A program made the translations under genes and the position numbers. Under the pieces are notes generated by a model. It saw only the letters and a program-made list of their open reading frames with translations, was not told the origin of the DNA and searched no databases. From positions 60,326,001 through 60,390,000 of the forward strand of contig OX597814.1 in assembly GCA_951406725.2 (NCBI GenBank): DNA of 64,000 bases, read 5' to 3'. Position 1 is the stretch's first letter; every line of letters begins with the position of its first letter. The stretch is from Octopus vulgaris. Lineage: Eukaryota. Shown piece after piece: positions 14,300-27,688 of the stretch.

Positions 14300-15800
14300 C
14301 AAATAGCCTATAGAGGATTATTATCAACCACATATATCTACAACAGGAGACATGTCATGTAACACATATTTTAAGTAAATATTTTACATATACGTGATGA
14401 AGTGTCTATATTGGTATACATGTCGGCATGTGTGCGCTTACGAGTGGATAGTACGTGCATCGTATATATTAAATTAATGTGAGAACTTTTGAATGCATTA
14501 CATATATGTATTCTTATAAACATATTTTTATATACCTTGTAGAATTTAATTACGTCTCTTTGCATTCTCAGTTCAAATCCTGCCGAAGTCAGTTTTGCTT
14601 TTCGTTCTCTTGTGTTCATTGGAACAAATAGCAGCCAAGTGTCAACTTAACCGCCTATACCCTTACTCAAATACGTAGCTTTGTACCAATGTTAGAAACT
14701 ATAATAAATTATAGTGGTTGTCGCAGATGAGGAAGAGGATATCATATGAACTTTTAATTATAAATCGCTGTGGTTGGCTTAGTAACATTGATATTTAGTT
14801 TTGCTACAAAGACACAAAATAGTAGGAAGCATGTATGAAGGAATTATATCGATATTACTTCATATTTTGGAGGCACAATGGCTCAGTGGTTAGGGCAGCG
14901 GATTCGTGGTTGTAGGATCGCGGTTTCGATTCCCAGACCGGGTGTTGTGAGTGTTTATTGAGCGAAAACACCTTAAACTTCACGATGCTCCGGCAGTGGG
15001 TGGTGGCGAACCCTGCTGTACTCTTTCACCACAACTTTTTCTCACACTTTCTTTTTGTTTCTGCTGTACCTGTATTTGAAAGGGCCTGCCTTGTCACACT
15101 CTGTGCCACGCTGAATCTCCCCGAGAACTACGTTAAGGGTACACATGTCTGTGGAGTGCTTAACCACTTGCATGTTAATTTCATGAGCAGGCTGTTCCGT
15201 TGATCGGATCAGCTGGAACCCTCGTCGTCGTAACCGACAGAGTGCCAACAGTACAGAACTTCGTATTTTATCGTACCTAATGAAGAGAAAAACCAAAAGA
15301 ATCTGGAATCTGAACTGAACTAAGAATGTGAATGATTGCAACTAAACACTATACACATATTTAGTCAAGCAATCTATGTTTTCATATCCACCACCAATCT
15401 ATTAGCTGGAGGAGCATTGGAGACGTCATGGCTACAATTTCATATGTTTTATCCAATAATATTTAGAATCATAATCGTTAAATACATTAATATTTATTGC
15501 ACTTCCGTTCTCATAAATATTAGCGTTTTAAACAAAATTTCTTCCTGTAGATATTCATTCTTAATAGGATAATTAAAGCCAAACAGCCTATAGATGATTA
15601 TTATCAACCCCATATATCTACAACAGGAAACAAGACATGTAACATATTTTATGTAAATATTTGATGGATGCGTGATGAGGTGTCTATATGCGTATGCATG
15701 TCGGTATGTGTGCGCTTACGAGTGGATTGTACGTGCGTGGTATATTTTATACCATTATTGTGAGAACTTTTGAATGCATTACAAATATATCCTTATCTGC
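14300..15800 (+). repeat. ~220-bp direct repeat pair (14300-14515, 15580-15800)
   Basis: Both copies contain caaa.agcctataga.gattattatcaacc.catatatctacaacagga...tgtgtgcgcttacgagtggat...gtgagaacttttgaatgcattaca. Confidence 0.9.
14869..15250 (+). mobile_element. SINE family C (tRNA head)
   Basis: A-box TGGCTCAGTGG and B-box-like GGTTTCGATTCC. The 3' part gcatgttaatttca.gagcaggctgttccgttgatc is shared with 56500-56785. Confidence 0.85.
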
Positions 15801-16119
15801 ATAGTGATGCACAAAGACACCTGCACGCACACACGCTCAAGTTTTTTTTTGTGCGTGTCTGTGAGTTAGTGTGCGTCAGTAAGTATCTTCGTATACTTGT
15901 ATGTACATATGCATAAATTATATATGACTATGCTTATATACGTCTATAAATTTTCATACATACAGACATGCGCATGCGTGTGAGAAAGAGAGACTGTGTG
16001 TGTGTATGTGTGTTTGTGTGTGTGAGTGTATGTATGTGTGTGTGTATTTGTGTGTGTACAGACAGATAGATATAACGAAGTCCTTTTCTCACACTATTAC
16101 TGTATCTGAATATCGTTCA

Positions 16120-16505
16120 CTTGTTTCAGATATTAGACTGCGACCATGCTGGAGCACCGACTTGAAGAATTTTAATCAAGCAAATCCACCCCAGTACTTA
16201 TTTTTAAAGCCTGGTACTTATTCTATTGGTCTCTTTTGCCTAAATTACGGGAATGTAAACACACCAACACCGATTGTCAGGGTTGATGGGGGACAACACA
16301 GACAGAAAGACACAAACATAGATATATACATAATTATTAACGACAGGCTTCTTTCAGTTTCCGTCTACCAAATCCACTCACAAGGCTTTGGTCGGCCCGA
16401 AGCTATATCAGAAGGTACATGCCCAAGATGCCACATGGTGGGAATTGAATCCGGAACCATGTGGTTTGGAAGCAAACTCCTTACCACATGACCACGCCTG
16501 TGCCT
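16120..16505 (-). mobile_element. SINE family A
   Basis: Colinear with 385-757. Confidence 0.85.
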
Positions 16506-17377
16506 ATTCACACAGCCATGTCTGTTTTTTAGTTATCACTATGTTATGACTGTTATAAACAATTCATCTATATGCTATGTCTGTAAACAGAAAAATGATT
16601 AAACAACTGGATACGTATTTCGATTCTTATTGGAAACATTCACCGCAACTGTGCACGTTCCACAACTACCCACGAACATACTGCTTATAAACCCAATAAT
16701 ATTGGGGGTTAAATTAAATTGGATAAACCAATTTAATATTTTGATCAATTTTCGAGGTAGCTAAATTTGTTTACAATCGTCGTACCATACAGTGTTTTGT
16801 TTATCTGAATCTTTTGTTGCGTCCGTACGTTGTTTTGCCACTGAGATCAAAACGATCTTAGCTTCTACCTATCATCGACATTTTCGAAAAATATTTTTAA
16901 TTTGTGTTCTTTAATTATCTAATGCAAGCTTCTCCGAGGATTAAGTGTTGATTTCATTTTTATTCCCATGTTGAGAGAAAAATAAATCAAGTTTATGTTT
17001 AATTCGTTTAAATTCTTCCGAACATCTATTTAACAGGTTAAATTACTGACAAACTTGGAACTTTATGTATAATTTACTCGCAATTTTCCATATAATGTAA
17101 TTAACAAATAAAATAATTGATAAACACAGAAAATATGGAACAAGTTAGAAATTAGAAGTGCTTTGGAAGTGGCTCTTTTCTTATGTAAACGCTTTCAACT
17201 CTTCTTAACTCCCATCATGACAGTTTTCCAGTGGTCTTGTTACTTTCTCTGTATTGCTTCCACTGTGGCCCTTACTAATATCACTTAATATTTCATTGAA
17301 ACCATCAATATTTAAATGCAAAAAATGTTCTTTTAAAGAATTGAATCAGTCAATTTTTATATAACTTTCAGTTAGCT

Positions 17378-17434
17378 AACAATCCTAAACACAGGAGATT
17401 GTTTACAAACCAATCTCCTGTGTTTAGGATTGTT
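17378..17434. repeat. Perfect 24-bp inverted repeat with a 9-nt loop
   Basis: aacaatcctaaacacaggagattg-tttacaaac-caatctcctgtgtttaggattgtt. Confidence 0.95.
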
Positions 17435-17984
17435 GCAGATCCCTAGAAAAAGATGAAGTACAGCAGGACATTCATGCCTTGTATCCCTTTCAATTGCTCG
17501 TGTTTTTCTTTTTATTTCAACAAGGCATTTACTTGAGTTCCGATAAATATAAATAAGCACTGCTATGCGTATCAATAAAAACAGCACAACACTACACCAC
17601 TTCTAAACACGAGCGGCACTCTGCTTGGGTCCTCGTTAGTTGCTCTCAATGCTGTGCCTTAATATTACCTAGGATCTCGCCTGACGAAAACACATTCTTA
17701 TCATGGCTAGGACTGCATCACAACCACTAGTACTTCTCTTTAATACAAAAAGATATTTCAACCCTTAACAGCTTCTGACTTTCTTTCCGGGACTCAAGTG
17801 AAGCTTAGAATGGAATAGTGTTCACGCATCAGGGATGGTGCTGCTGCAACTCACACCGATATCCTATAGAGAAATAAACTAAATAAGCATCTTAAACTGG
17901 ATTTCTACTCAAAGAAACGAAGAGTTGTGCTGGATATACTAGTGCAACATATTTCATTATAAAAGATATTAGTTTTACCCTTTG

Positions 17985-18173
17985 GTACAAGGCCAGCAAT
18001 TTCGGGGAGTGGGTATGTCGATTAAATTGTTTCCAGTTTTCAACTGGTACTTATTTTTGATCGACCCTGAAAGAATGAAAGGTAAAGTCGAAGTAAAAAC
18101 GCAGAAGTAAAAACGGATGGAATGCCGCTAAGCAGTTTACCCAGCGTGTTAACGATTCTGCTATCACACCACC
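17985..18173 (-). mobile_element. SINE family B, degenerate
   Basis: actggtactta..tcgaccctgaaagaatgaaaggtaaagtcg..aacgattctgc. Confidence 0.8.
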
Positions 18174-18741
18174 CTGTTTCGTAATAATAGATATTAACAG
18201 ATAGAGTGTAAAGGACCATTTTCTATTCTATTAAATATATATGAAGCACAAGATAATCAAAATAATCAGAAACACGGAGCAAAAGCTATCTCAGCCACCA
18301 AATATGATATTCCAAAGTAGATTAATTACCAGAAGCCTGCCTTCATTATTATCGTATCTTAAATCATTCAGAGAAACATATCTTTTTTTAATGTTCATAT
18401 ATTGTATGAGAATCAGAAATCCCTTATAGTCAACGTGCGACCAGAAAATCTCTTGACGTGGTATCATCGATCGTCTCTTAGATACTCGTAATGTATCTAC
18501 TTTGAAGATTATGCATCATTATTGATAATATGCTTTGAAAAATAAACTATCAATCGACATCTCGAGAACTTTGTATGCTTGAAAGATAAAGTGCTGATAG
18601 TTTCAGTAACCTAACCAGAAGGAGATGTGTAACGATCAAAGATGTATTTTCTACTAATTAAGCATGAAATTATTTATAATGTTCACACTCTCTGATAAAA
18701 GAATTGGTTCACAAATAATTACTCAAGTAATTATGCAGACA

Positions 18742-18820
<79 letters not shown>

Positions 18821-18849
18821 TTATATATACTTATATATACATCAACCAC

Positions 18850-19036
18850 ATATACTTAACACACAAGTGTTAGGTAGGCTGCGAATGGTGAGGTAGAGAA
18901 TACTCTCTCAAAGTGCTGGTTGTTAAAACCCCTGAAAGTCATGAACATTAATATCCTGCACTTTGAGAAAGTATTCTCCACCACGCACACAGCAGCCTAC
19001 CAGCAAATACACAGGGCTTGTACGTTAAGAATATGT
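18850..19036. repeat. Short fold-back element next to (TA)n
   Basis: gtaggctgc..gagaatactctctcaaagtgc pairs with gcactttgagaaagtattctc..gcagcctac. Confidence 0.8.
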
Positions 19037-19601
19037 AGTACATAGTGCGTGTGTATGTGTAATTACAAAACATACAGGCCTACCTGGAGCCTCAAGTACC
19101 GCCATGGGTCTATCTGATTTAAATCCACGGGCCTACTTTCTTCTTGTCATCACCACTCCTACGTTTTACCGCATACTGTTTGCGAAATTAGGAATTTATT
19201 TTTATAAAAATAATATGAAAATTATCACCTAATCGATCCAATAGAATCTCTATCTTAGTAAATTGTCCTCCTTCACTACGCTGTTATAAAAAGCAATAAC
19301 TACTTGCAAAGTCGTCATTTAAGTGACGTCTTGCGCATTTCGATGGAGTCGCCTGGTGATGTTATGGTTTATAACAAACACAGAGATATTATGTAGTTAT
19401 TTGAAGAAACTCCGAGTAACGACTTCACCACATCTAAACAATATACAAATTATATACTTCAAGTTCAATTACATTAGGAAAACTAAGACAAACATTCAAA
19501 AGTATTCTAATTGTGGAATTTTAAAGTTTCTATTTGTATATTGCTTTATATATATGCCATGCGTTGCAAATCTCATTCTGACCCTCAACACATGATAAAT
19601 A

Positions 19602-20815
19602 CGAATGTTCTACCGATAGTAATACGAAAGTGAGCTTAATATTTTTTTTTTATTTACTGACACAATACGTTCAAATTGCACATGTTGATAACGAAACTTT
19701 TCCTCCATAAAAATGTACTACTTATAGCTTCTATCAAAAGCAATGCATTTGGGCCATCATCAAGTCCAACTCTTGGATTCTCTTTGAAAATTTTCAGATG
19801 TGTACTGTTGTAGTTACTTCCTGACAGATATCTTCTCCTCCTCTTCTATATCATCAAATTGTTGTCCACGAATACTGTCCTTCATTAGACCGAACAGGTA
19901 GAAGGCGGAGGATGTCAGATCCGGGCTGCGCAACGGATAGTGGACCACTGCCCAGCTCACTTTGCCGATTGCCTACTTTTGTTGCCTAAGTTATGTGTGG
20001 ACTCATATTGTTCGTTGAATGTGGAATATTTTCAGATTTTTCTTCTGTCTTCCATCTAATGACTTACATAAGCTTTTTGCGTGTCTCTATGTAATGCTTT
20101 CTGTTCATGGTACGGCCATATTCCAGAAAATTTATCATCCCCACTAAACAATCACTGTGATTTTCTGTGTCAATTACTGACACTTGAAAATCTTGGGCCT
20201 TGAAGAAGAGGTGCAACGCTAATCTAGGAACTGGGACTTTACTTCCGGGTCGTATATGTCCGCTTCATCCCTAGACATCAGGAAATAAAACTTCCACAAG
20301 ATCAGAGCAGACCACCAATTTTATCTTCTTCGAATTGAATGTCAGCTGCCAAGATATTAACTTTGCCCTCGCTTTCCGATACGTAGTGTCTTCCACTAGC
20401 TTTTGTAATGCATTGTGACTCCATAATCTACGTGTGTAGTAAAGTTACAGACTGTGACTTACCCCTCTGCACGAATCAATTCCTCCACTCGCTGGCGATT
20501 CGTGCCAGTTGATGCAGTTGATGATCTCCTACTGTGTGGTTTGTGTTGAATGCTATATTCCTCTTCTTAAAACTTTATCCATTTCTGCGCATTGCTTTTT
20601 CAAGCAATTCGCAGAGATGGATATCTGTGGATATCGGACAGAATAAACCCCTTCTTCGTTGAGAACTCAATGATGACGGATTGCTTCCTTACTGGAATCC
20701 GTTATTTACTTACAATGATGACAAACAGGAAGAAGAGATACTATTGGAGTATGTGCAATTTGAACCGTCTATGTCAGTCAATAAAAATTATGATGACTTT
20801 TTGAAAGTATCCTCG
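19602..20815 (-). mobile_element. Degenerate full-length mariner
   Basis: TA ends. Subterminal inverted match tttactgacacaatacgttcaaattgcacat / atgtgcaatttgaaccgtctatgtcagtcaataa. Minus-strand remnants VRKQSVIIEF and QRVEELIRA. Length ~1.2 kb. Confidence 0.75.
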
Positions 20816-20843
20816 TATTAGAGAATTTCATTGTAAGAGATTG

Positions 20844-21444
20844 CTATTTCTTTATTGCCCACAAGGGGCTAAACATACAGGCGATAAACAAGGACAGACA
20901 AAGGGATTAAGTTGATTACATCGACCCCAGTGCGTAACTGGTACTTAATTTATCGACCCCGAAAGGGTGAAAGGCAAAGTCGACCTCGGCGGAATTTGAA
21001 CTCAGAACGTAACAGCTGACGAAATACCTGTTTCTTTACTACCCACAAGGGGCTAAACACAGAGAGGACAAACAAGGACAGACAAACGGATTAAGTCGAT
21101 TATATGGACCCCAGTGTGTAACTGGTACTTAATTTATCGACCCCGAAAGGGTGAAAGGCAAAGTCGACCTCGGCGGAATTTGAACTCAGAACGTAACAGC
21201 TGACGAAATACCTGTTTCTTTACTACCCACAAGGGGCTAAACACAGAGAGGACAAGCAAGGACAGACAAACGGATTAAGTCGATTATATCGACCCCAGTG
21301 CGTAACTGGTACTTATTTAATCGACCCCGAAAGGATGAAAGGCAAAGTCGACCTCGGCGGAATTTGAACTCAGAACGTAGCGGCAGACGAAATACCGCTA
21401 TGCATTTCTTCCGGCGTGCTAACGTTTCTGCCAGCTCACTGCCC
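20844..21444 (-). mobile_element. Trimeric SINE family B insertion
   Basis: Three ~180-bp tandem units plus a single head; 17-bp TSD ttcattgtaagagattg at 20827-20843 and 21445-21461. Confidence 0.92.
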
Positions 21445-21927
21445 TTCATTGTAAGAGATTGTGTGAACAATATCTAAATAAACAGAGAAACTCAACAAAT
21501 TCCACAAATCAAAATTAAATACCTTAAAGAAATCTTGGCGGAAATATATCACCTGCAGTATTCGAAAATTAGTAAAAATATGTCAACTCGATCAGATTTC
21601 GGTGAAAGTTAGAAATCACTCTGCATTTCGTATCAATAAAATGTTTAGCCTTTACATGCATATTGAGTTCTTTAGAGGTATATGTTAACCAATATCCCTA
21701 AGGCTGCTTATAAATACTCACAATATATACTTGAAAACTCAATGGAAGAAAGAGTGATCAGTGTATTTTGTAGAGTTGATTTATTACTTAAAAGCAGAAG
21801 GTTCACTCCGTCACTAGTTAGAGTTTCTCGCTATGTATGATGTTTTAGGCAATAGAAGAAAGAAATCTAATACAAACTAACACACATACACACACATGCA
21901 TATACAAATGCTTACACACGTGCACAC

Positions 21928-21968
<41 letters not shown>

Positions 21969-22569
21969 TGCATGTGTGTGTATACAGTTTTTTTTCTTTC
22001 ACTTACACAATATTAGAAAAATAGTCAGACGAATACAAAGAAAATTGCTCAAGTTTCTAATCATTCGTTTGTTAAACGTTGCCGAATATAGTCTACTATG
22101 GTACTGATAATTCAATAACGAAATTGTAAGAAATAACATTTATGTTATTATATTGTTATATTGGCTCCATTTTATCTCTTTTTTTTTCTCTCTCTCTCTC
22201 TTTTCGGGCGTTCAAATTAGTTGAAATATATTGATCGCTGCTTCTAGTCAAAACAATCATTTACGAATTTCTGTTGAGGTTTTCCTTTCATATCATTAAT
22301 GACACGAAGTAAAAGTTAAAGGAAACTAGAGAAGTACACGCATCAATTCGCCAATATTTGAAATATCGAATACACACACACACACACACACAGACACACA
22401 CACACACACACATACACACTCACATATGAGGACGTCTGAGTGGGAGTGTGAATGTGTATATGTATGTATATGTCCGTGGTCGTGGTGCAGAGGTTTGTGT
22501 GTTAAGCTCCAGACCTTAGTTCATGGGTTCGATTTTCAGTTACTTCATTCATATTGCTGTAGACTACAT

Positions 22570-23508
22570 CAATATGAACGGGTAATACTTCTCGATAGCA
22601 CTGCCTAGCCAGGGATCTTTGGCGATTGTCCATAGGTCCCGGCCCGAAAGTTGTCCTGAACAGACGGGTCAGGTGTTCCTCGTCGACGCCCAGATTCTGC
22701 CCGAGAACGTCGTCGCACCTCTCCTCCACTAAGCCTCTATAGAACGCCTTTGTTGTAATGAAGTCGCACAAGTTTGGTCCCGGACGACAGAGTTGCTTGA
22801 GAGCAACGCAACACTCGCGGTGACATTCGCCTAGCCTCGGTCTCTGTTTGATCCACGACTGCGATTCGGCCACGGAGACTAGCTGCGGGAAAGCGCGCCA
22901 CACAAACGGCGACCACACCTGTTCACCTTCGTCTATGAAGTGCCGGAGATATTGCTGTCTCAGCGTGTGTCTGCGCATCATCAACCACGGCATGCCTAAC
23001 CCTCCATTTAGCGGGTGTTGACAGCAAATGGATCATCTAACCATCGGAACGCTTCCCTTCCACAAGAAGCGGAAGAGTATGTGTTCCAATTTGATAATGG
23101 TTGGGTCGGAACAAGGCATGACGGTCAGACGAGTTACCGCTTCGTATTCTTTTAGTGTCTCGCCGACCAGGTCGATGTGCTTGTGGCTCGACACTATGGC
23201 GGTGACGTCGTCCGCGTATGCAGACACGCTCTTCCCGCATCCAAGCTCTCGTGAGATGCCCCTCAGCATCGCCAGCTTCCGCAGTAGTGGCTCAAGAGTC
23301 AATACATACAGAAGCGACGAGAGGGGACATCCTTGACGAACCGAATGCATGATGTTAAATAATCTGGATAGACGATAATTTACACGAGCTACCGAGCGGA
23401 TGCCGCTGTATAAGGCAGTGATCCAGCCGCGGAAGATGGGGCTGAAACCAGCCGCTAAGGACAGTCTCCAAGTAGTGATGGTACTATCGAAAGCTTTTGA
23501 CTGGGATA
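22570..23508 (-). mobile_element. L1/Tx1-clade LINE RT fragment with internal deletion
   Basis: ORF 23033-23350 reads SVRQGCPLSSLLYVLTLEPLLRKL..SAYADDVT; upstream SQSKAFD; downstream LFRFLWKG and GGLGMP. GC-rich relative to the flanks. Confidence 0.9.
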
Positions 23509-23514
23509 GCTAGA

Positions 23515-23672
23515 TATATAGATAGATAGATAGATAGATACTTACATACATGCATACATACATACATACATACATACATACATACATACATGCATACATA
23601 CATACATACATACATACATACATACATACATACATACATACATACATACATACATACATACATACATACAAA
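23515..23672. repeat. (GATA)n-(CATA)n microsatellite
   Basis: Seen directly. Confidence 0.95.
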
Positions 23673-23950
23673 CAAATTTTCTTATCGGAGACAATTTAGA
23701 TATTTTTTTTTTATCGGAGACATTTTAAAGTTCCATATGTAGAGGAAATTACCTGACTCATCTTAGTTCAAGCTATCGCTTAACCAGTTATCTTTTTCTC
23801 TCCACACATGCAACGCGAATATTTGCCTTCAAAGAAGCACTGCATATAAAATATTAATAGCTTACATATGCATACTTTTATTTTGCTAAACCAATACACA
23901 AAGTGTAACATTACACACACATACATACACACACGAACACACACATACAT

Positions 23951-24038
<88 letters not shown>

Positions 24039-24198
24039 AGGTAGGTATGTAGGTATGTATGCATATATGTATATTTATGTATGTATATTGTATAACCTTA
24101 CCTTACGTTTCGTGTTTTGAAATTCGCCAACTTCAAATGTTTCTGTTATAAAATAGTGATAAAATCATGTGTATGCTTTTATATAGATAGATAGATAA

Positions 24199-24291
<93 letters not shown>

Positions 24292-24939
24292 GATAGAGAT
24301 ATATATACACTTACATACATAAATGCTCACATACATACATATATACATACATACATACATACATACATACATACAAACATCCGTATATGCGTATATACAT
24401 GCATACGCATGTACACATCTTCATACATACTGCATACATGCACACATTGGATGATTTGGATGTCTCGTTGAAAGCAAGCGAAATAACCTGGAGAAGAAAA
24501 GACCCACGAAACTAACTCCGTTACTGGGAAACTGAGTTTCCCGGTGACCCTACGGATCACGAGTAGTCTAGTATTGTATAAAATCATAATGAACTGATTC
24601 TCACGTATTTTCTTTTACCCAAAACCACAACGTCTTTTTTCATTTCGTTGTAGTTGAGACGTTGGAGTGGGGGAAATTCTAGCCCTTTGGAGCGTATGTT
24701 GATTTGGTCTGGTTTTAGTCCTTTGTGAATTAGATTGATGACTTTCATCATTTTTTGTTTGCCCTGTACGTCTGGTGCTCTCTCGTGTCCCTATGCTTGT
24801 GTCCTGGGTCTAAAAAATGATTGAGGTGATTGGGGTTGTAGCCGTTATGTAGTTGTCCCCCGTTGTCGTTCAGTGGCCTATTGAAGTGATATATGGTGCG
24901 GGTTCTTGGATGGGGATTGAAAAATGTGTTGCTATATTC

Positions 24940-24941
24940 CA

Positions 24942-24973
<32 letters not shown>

Positions 24974-25330
24974 TCCTTCTCCTCCTTCTCTTTCTTCTTC
25001 GCCGTCTAATTCCTCGGCTGCGGCTGCTTAAATCATCGAACTTCAGAAACAAACATTTCTCTGCACCCATAAACACTATTTCTTCAGGCCTGCTACTACC
25101 TACTGAGCCTTCACAAAGGAAAAAAGAGAGATAAGCAGAAAAAGCAAAATGTCCTACCGACTTGAAGACTATGGAGATATTTCCAAAATATTTCATTTAA
25201 ATTTTTCTTCAAATTGATTGTTTTTCTTGTTTTACTCTTAGTTGAAAAAATCGAAAAGACTGAAACCGGTACTTCAATTTTACAAAATGTATTTCATGAT
25301 AAAATTACTCTATCATTTTCTATCTTATAT
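24940..25330 (+). mobile_element. Repeat family E: (CTT)n followed by a pLTR-like segment with a variant hammerhead
   Basis: Homologous to the reverse complement of 32860-33275 (ctaccta..gagagataag.agaaaaa..atgtcc..ttgaa.actatg..tttactct.agttgaaa..gactgaaa..ttcatgataaaatta). Confidence 0.75.
25238..25275 (+). ncRNA. Type I hammerhead-like motif with U3-A8 core variant
   Basis: ag UUGAAAA aauc-gaaaa-gacu GAAA ccgg UA cu; palindromic stem III accggu; one stem II mismatch. Confidence 0.45.
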
Positions 25331-25569
25331 ATGTATATATGAAGTATTAATTAATAGTAAGAGATGGATTTCATATTAGACTTTTATTAGGTACAACATA
25401 TATATCGACCTATAGGCCAAGGTCGTTTCAGAGACATTGATAAAGAAGTCTTACTAGAGATTTTTCTGCGAAATTTCTGAAGTAAACATAGCGGAAGTGT
25501 ACCACAACTACGGACGATAACAGTTAGCCTAATCTGTGCCGGTGCTCTACTCAACATTTAAACACACTA

Positions 25570-25903
25570 ATCTAATTATGCGTATTTGTCTAATTTTTCT
25601 GTCATTTATAATAAAACATATTTTGATTTCCAAGTGGCTTCAATGCCATGGTTCAGTAGTAGAATTTCTTCTTTTAATGGTTATGGTGATTTTGCAGGGC
25701 AAATTGTCAGATATAGTACTATTATTAATAATGCTAATAAATTTTTGGATAGGACAAATAAACTTTTAAGACATTTTGTAAAACTGGGGTATAGATATGG
25801 TAAATTGGTTAAAACTTTTAATCGCTGTTTATGTGGGAGACTTAAAATTTTAAATAAATATGGGGTGGTATCTTCTAGTCATCAACTTAGCAAATATTTG
25901 TAA
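25570..25903 (+). pseudogene. Penelope-like RT C-terminal (thumb) fragment
   Basis: IYNKTYFDFQVASMPWFSSRIS..GYGDFAGQIVRYSTI....F..R...L......LGY resembles the PLE YDKRDDF.F....P..SSNI...AYG....QL.RY..........GY motif. Confidence 0.75.
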
Positions 25904-26864
25904 GATTTGGAATGTTTACGATTCAAGTTATTTGCTTACTACGTCACCAAAATTGTTTGAAACAACTGAGGAAGTAGTAATTATGTACTACGTCATCTAT
26001 AGTTAATATAGTCTTTTAAGTTCTAGAGGTGATGGAACCATATGGTTTGAAAACACATGTAAGTATTAATACTTTGCAGTTTTATTATCTTTTAAACAGT
26101 TTTAATTTAGCTTTAATCGTAGCAAGGTTTTATAATAATGGTTAATTACAAGTATACATTTATTAGTTCTTATTTAATAAATTAGTTACTGGTAAGTTTA
26201 TTAACTTTTGAATTATGAAATAATGTATTTCACTCATAATTATTATATTATTCGTTAAATTAAATTCAATCGTGTTTTATTTTGGAGAGAATTGAAATAA
26301 AGCTTTCACTTTTTTATTTATTATTATAGTAGTAACTATGGAAGGCTGATGGGATTATTATTTGTATGAACTTAAAGATAATTTAGTTATTGGAGGTTTA
26401 CTATTAATACCGATACAGATGTACATAGATGTATGTGTTTCTTTGTTGTAGTTTAAATTTAAAGTTAGTGTTTAATCCTGCCTATATTTAGAGTGAATGA
26501 ATGTGGTTATTTAGCTTTCACTTTTATATTATACTACGGAAGACTGAGGGAATAAAATGTATGACTTAAATGCTTGGTCGCTGTATAGTTACATATTTAG
26601 GAGTTGGATATTGATTTACTTATTGAATTTATTTACCGATACTGTTGTACATAAGGTAAATCTGTTTGAAAGTTGTAGTTTCTTTGGTATGTTTGTTCCC
26701 AAATAACACTTATTTTAGTGTTGTTGAGACTACCGGATTGAATGGTACTGCCCAGATATCGAAACCGTAATGATATCTATGAGGCTGCTGATGATGGGGG
26801 TTTATTGGATTGTTGGTATGGTTGTTTTTGTATATGTGGAATACTATTATAACACATCCTGTTG

Positions 26865-26936
<72 letters not shown>

Positions 26937-27547
26937 TTGTGTATATACGTATATATCAAATGATTGGCTTTATATCCATCTATAAAGGTGTGTAAACCTA
27001 TATTAATATGTGCTGGCATACTACTGACACACAATCGTAAAGTATATATTTGGATACAAATACTGGTATTTCTTTCAACTACTAACTCAAATATTTTTCT
27101 ATAGCCGCAGGCCTATCTACTGGGAAGCAAAATTTACTTATTTTATTCTTTCTTTTATTCTCATTTAGCTTTCGCTCTTTCTTTCTCCTATTTGAAATAA
27201 TTTTTCAATTTACAATTTTTTTTATTTAACTTTCTTTCAAATATGTCTAAAATATTTGAAATGATGTTCCATATTGTTTCTAAAGGTAAAGCAATATTTA
27301 TATGAATATATCTCGATTCAGTTTCATTCGTAAAATCATTTTTATCTCGTTGTTTTATTTTTGCTTTTTCTACTTTGATACTTTTTATTTTCGGTAGGAG
27401 AGCTTTTTATGACAATAGCAATTTCTCGCTAACTCAATTTTCGCAGACAACAAAATATAACAAAGAGCTAAGTAAGCAAAGCAAATATATTTGACAAAAC
27501 AAATTCATCTGCGAGAAAATGTGTATTAATACGCACACACACACACA

Positions 27548-27688
<141 letters not shown>

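Noticed and set aside
14869-14945. tRNA-like sequence
   Set aside because: It is a SINE head that continues into a repeat body and has no proper cloverleaf.
20844-21444. CRISPR-like or satellite array
   Set aside because: The units are SINE fragments without unique spacers, in a eukaryotic context.
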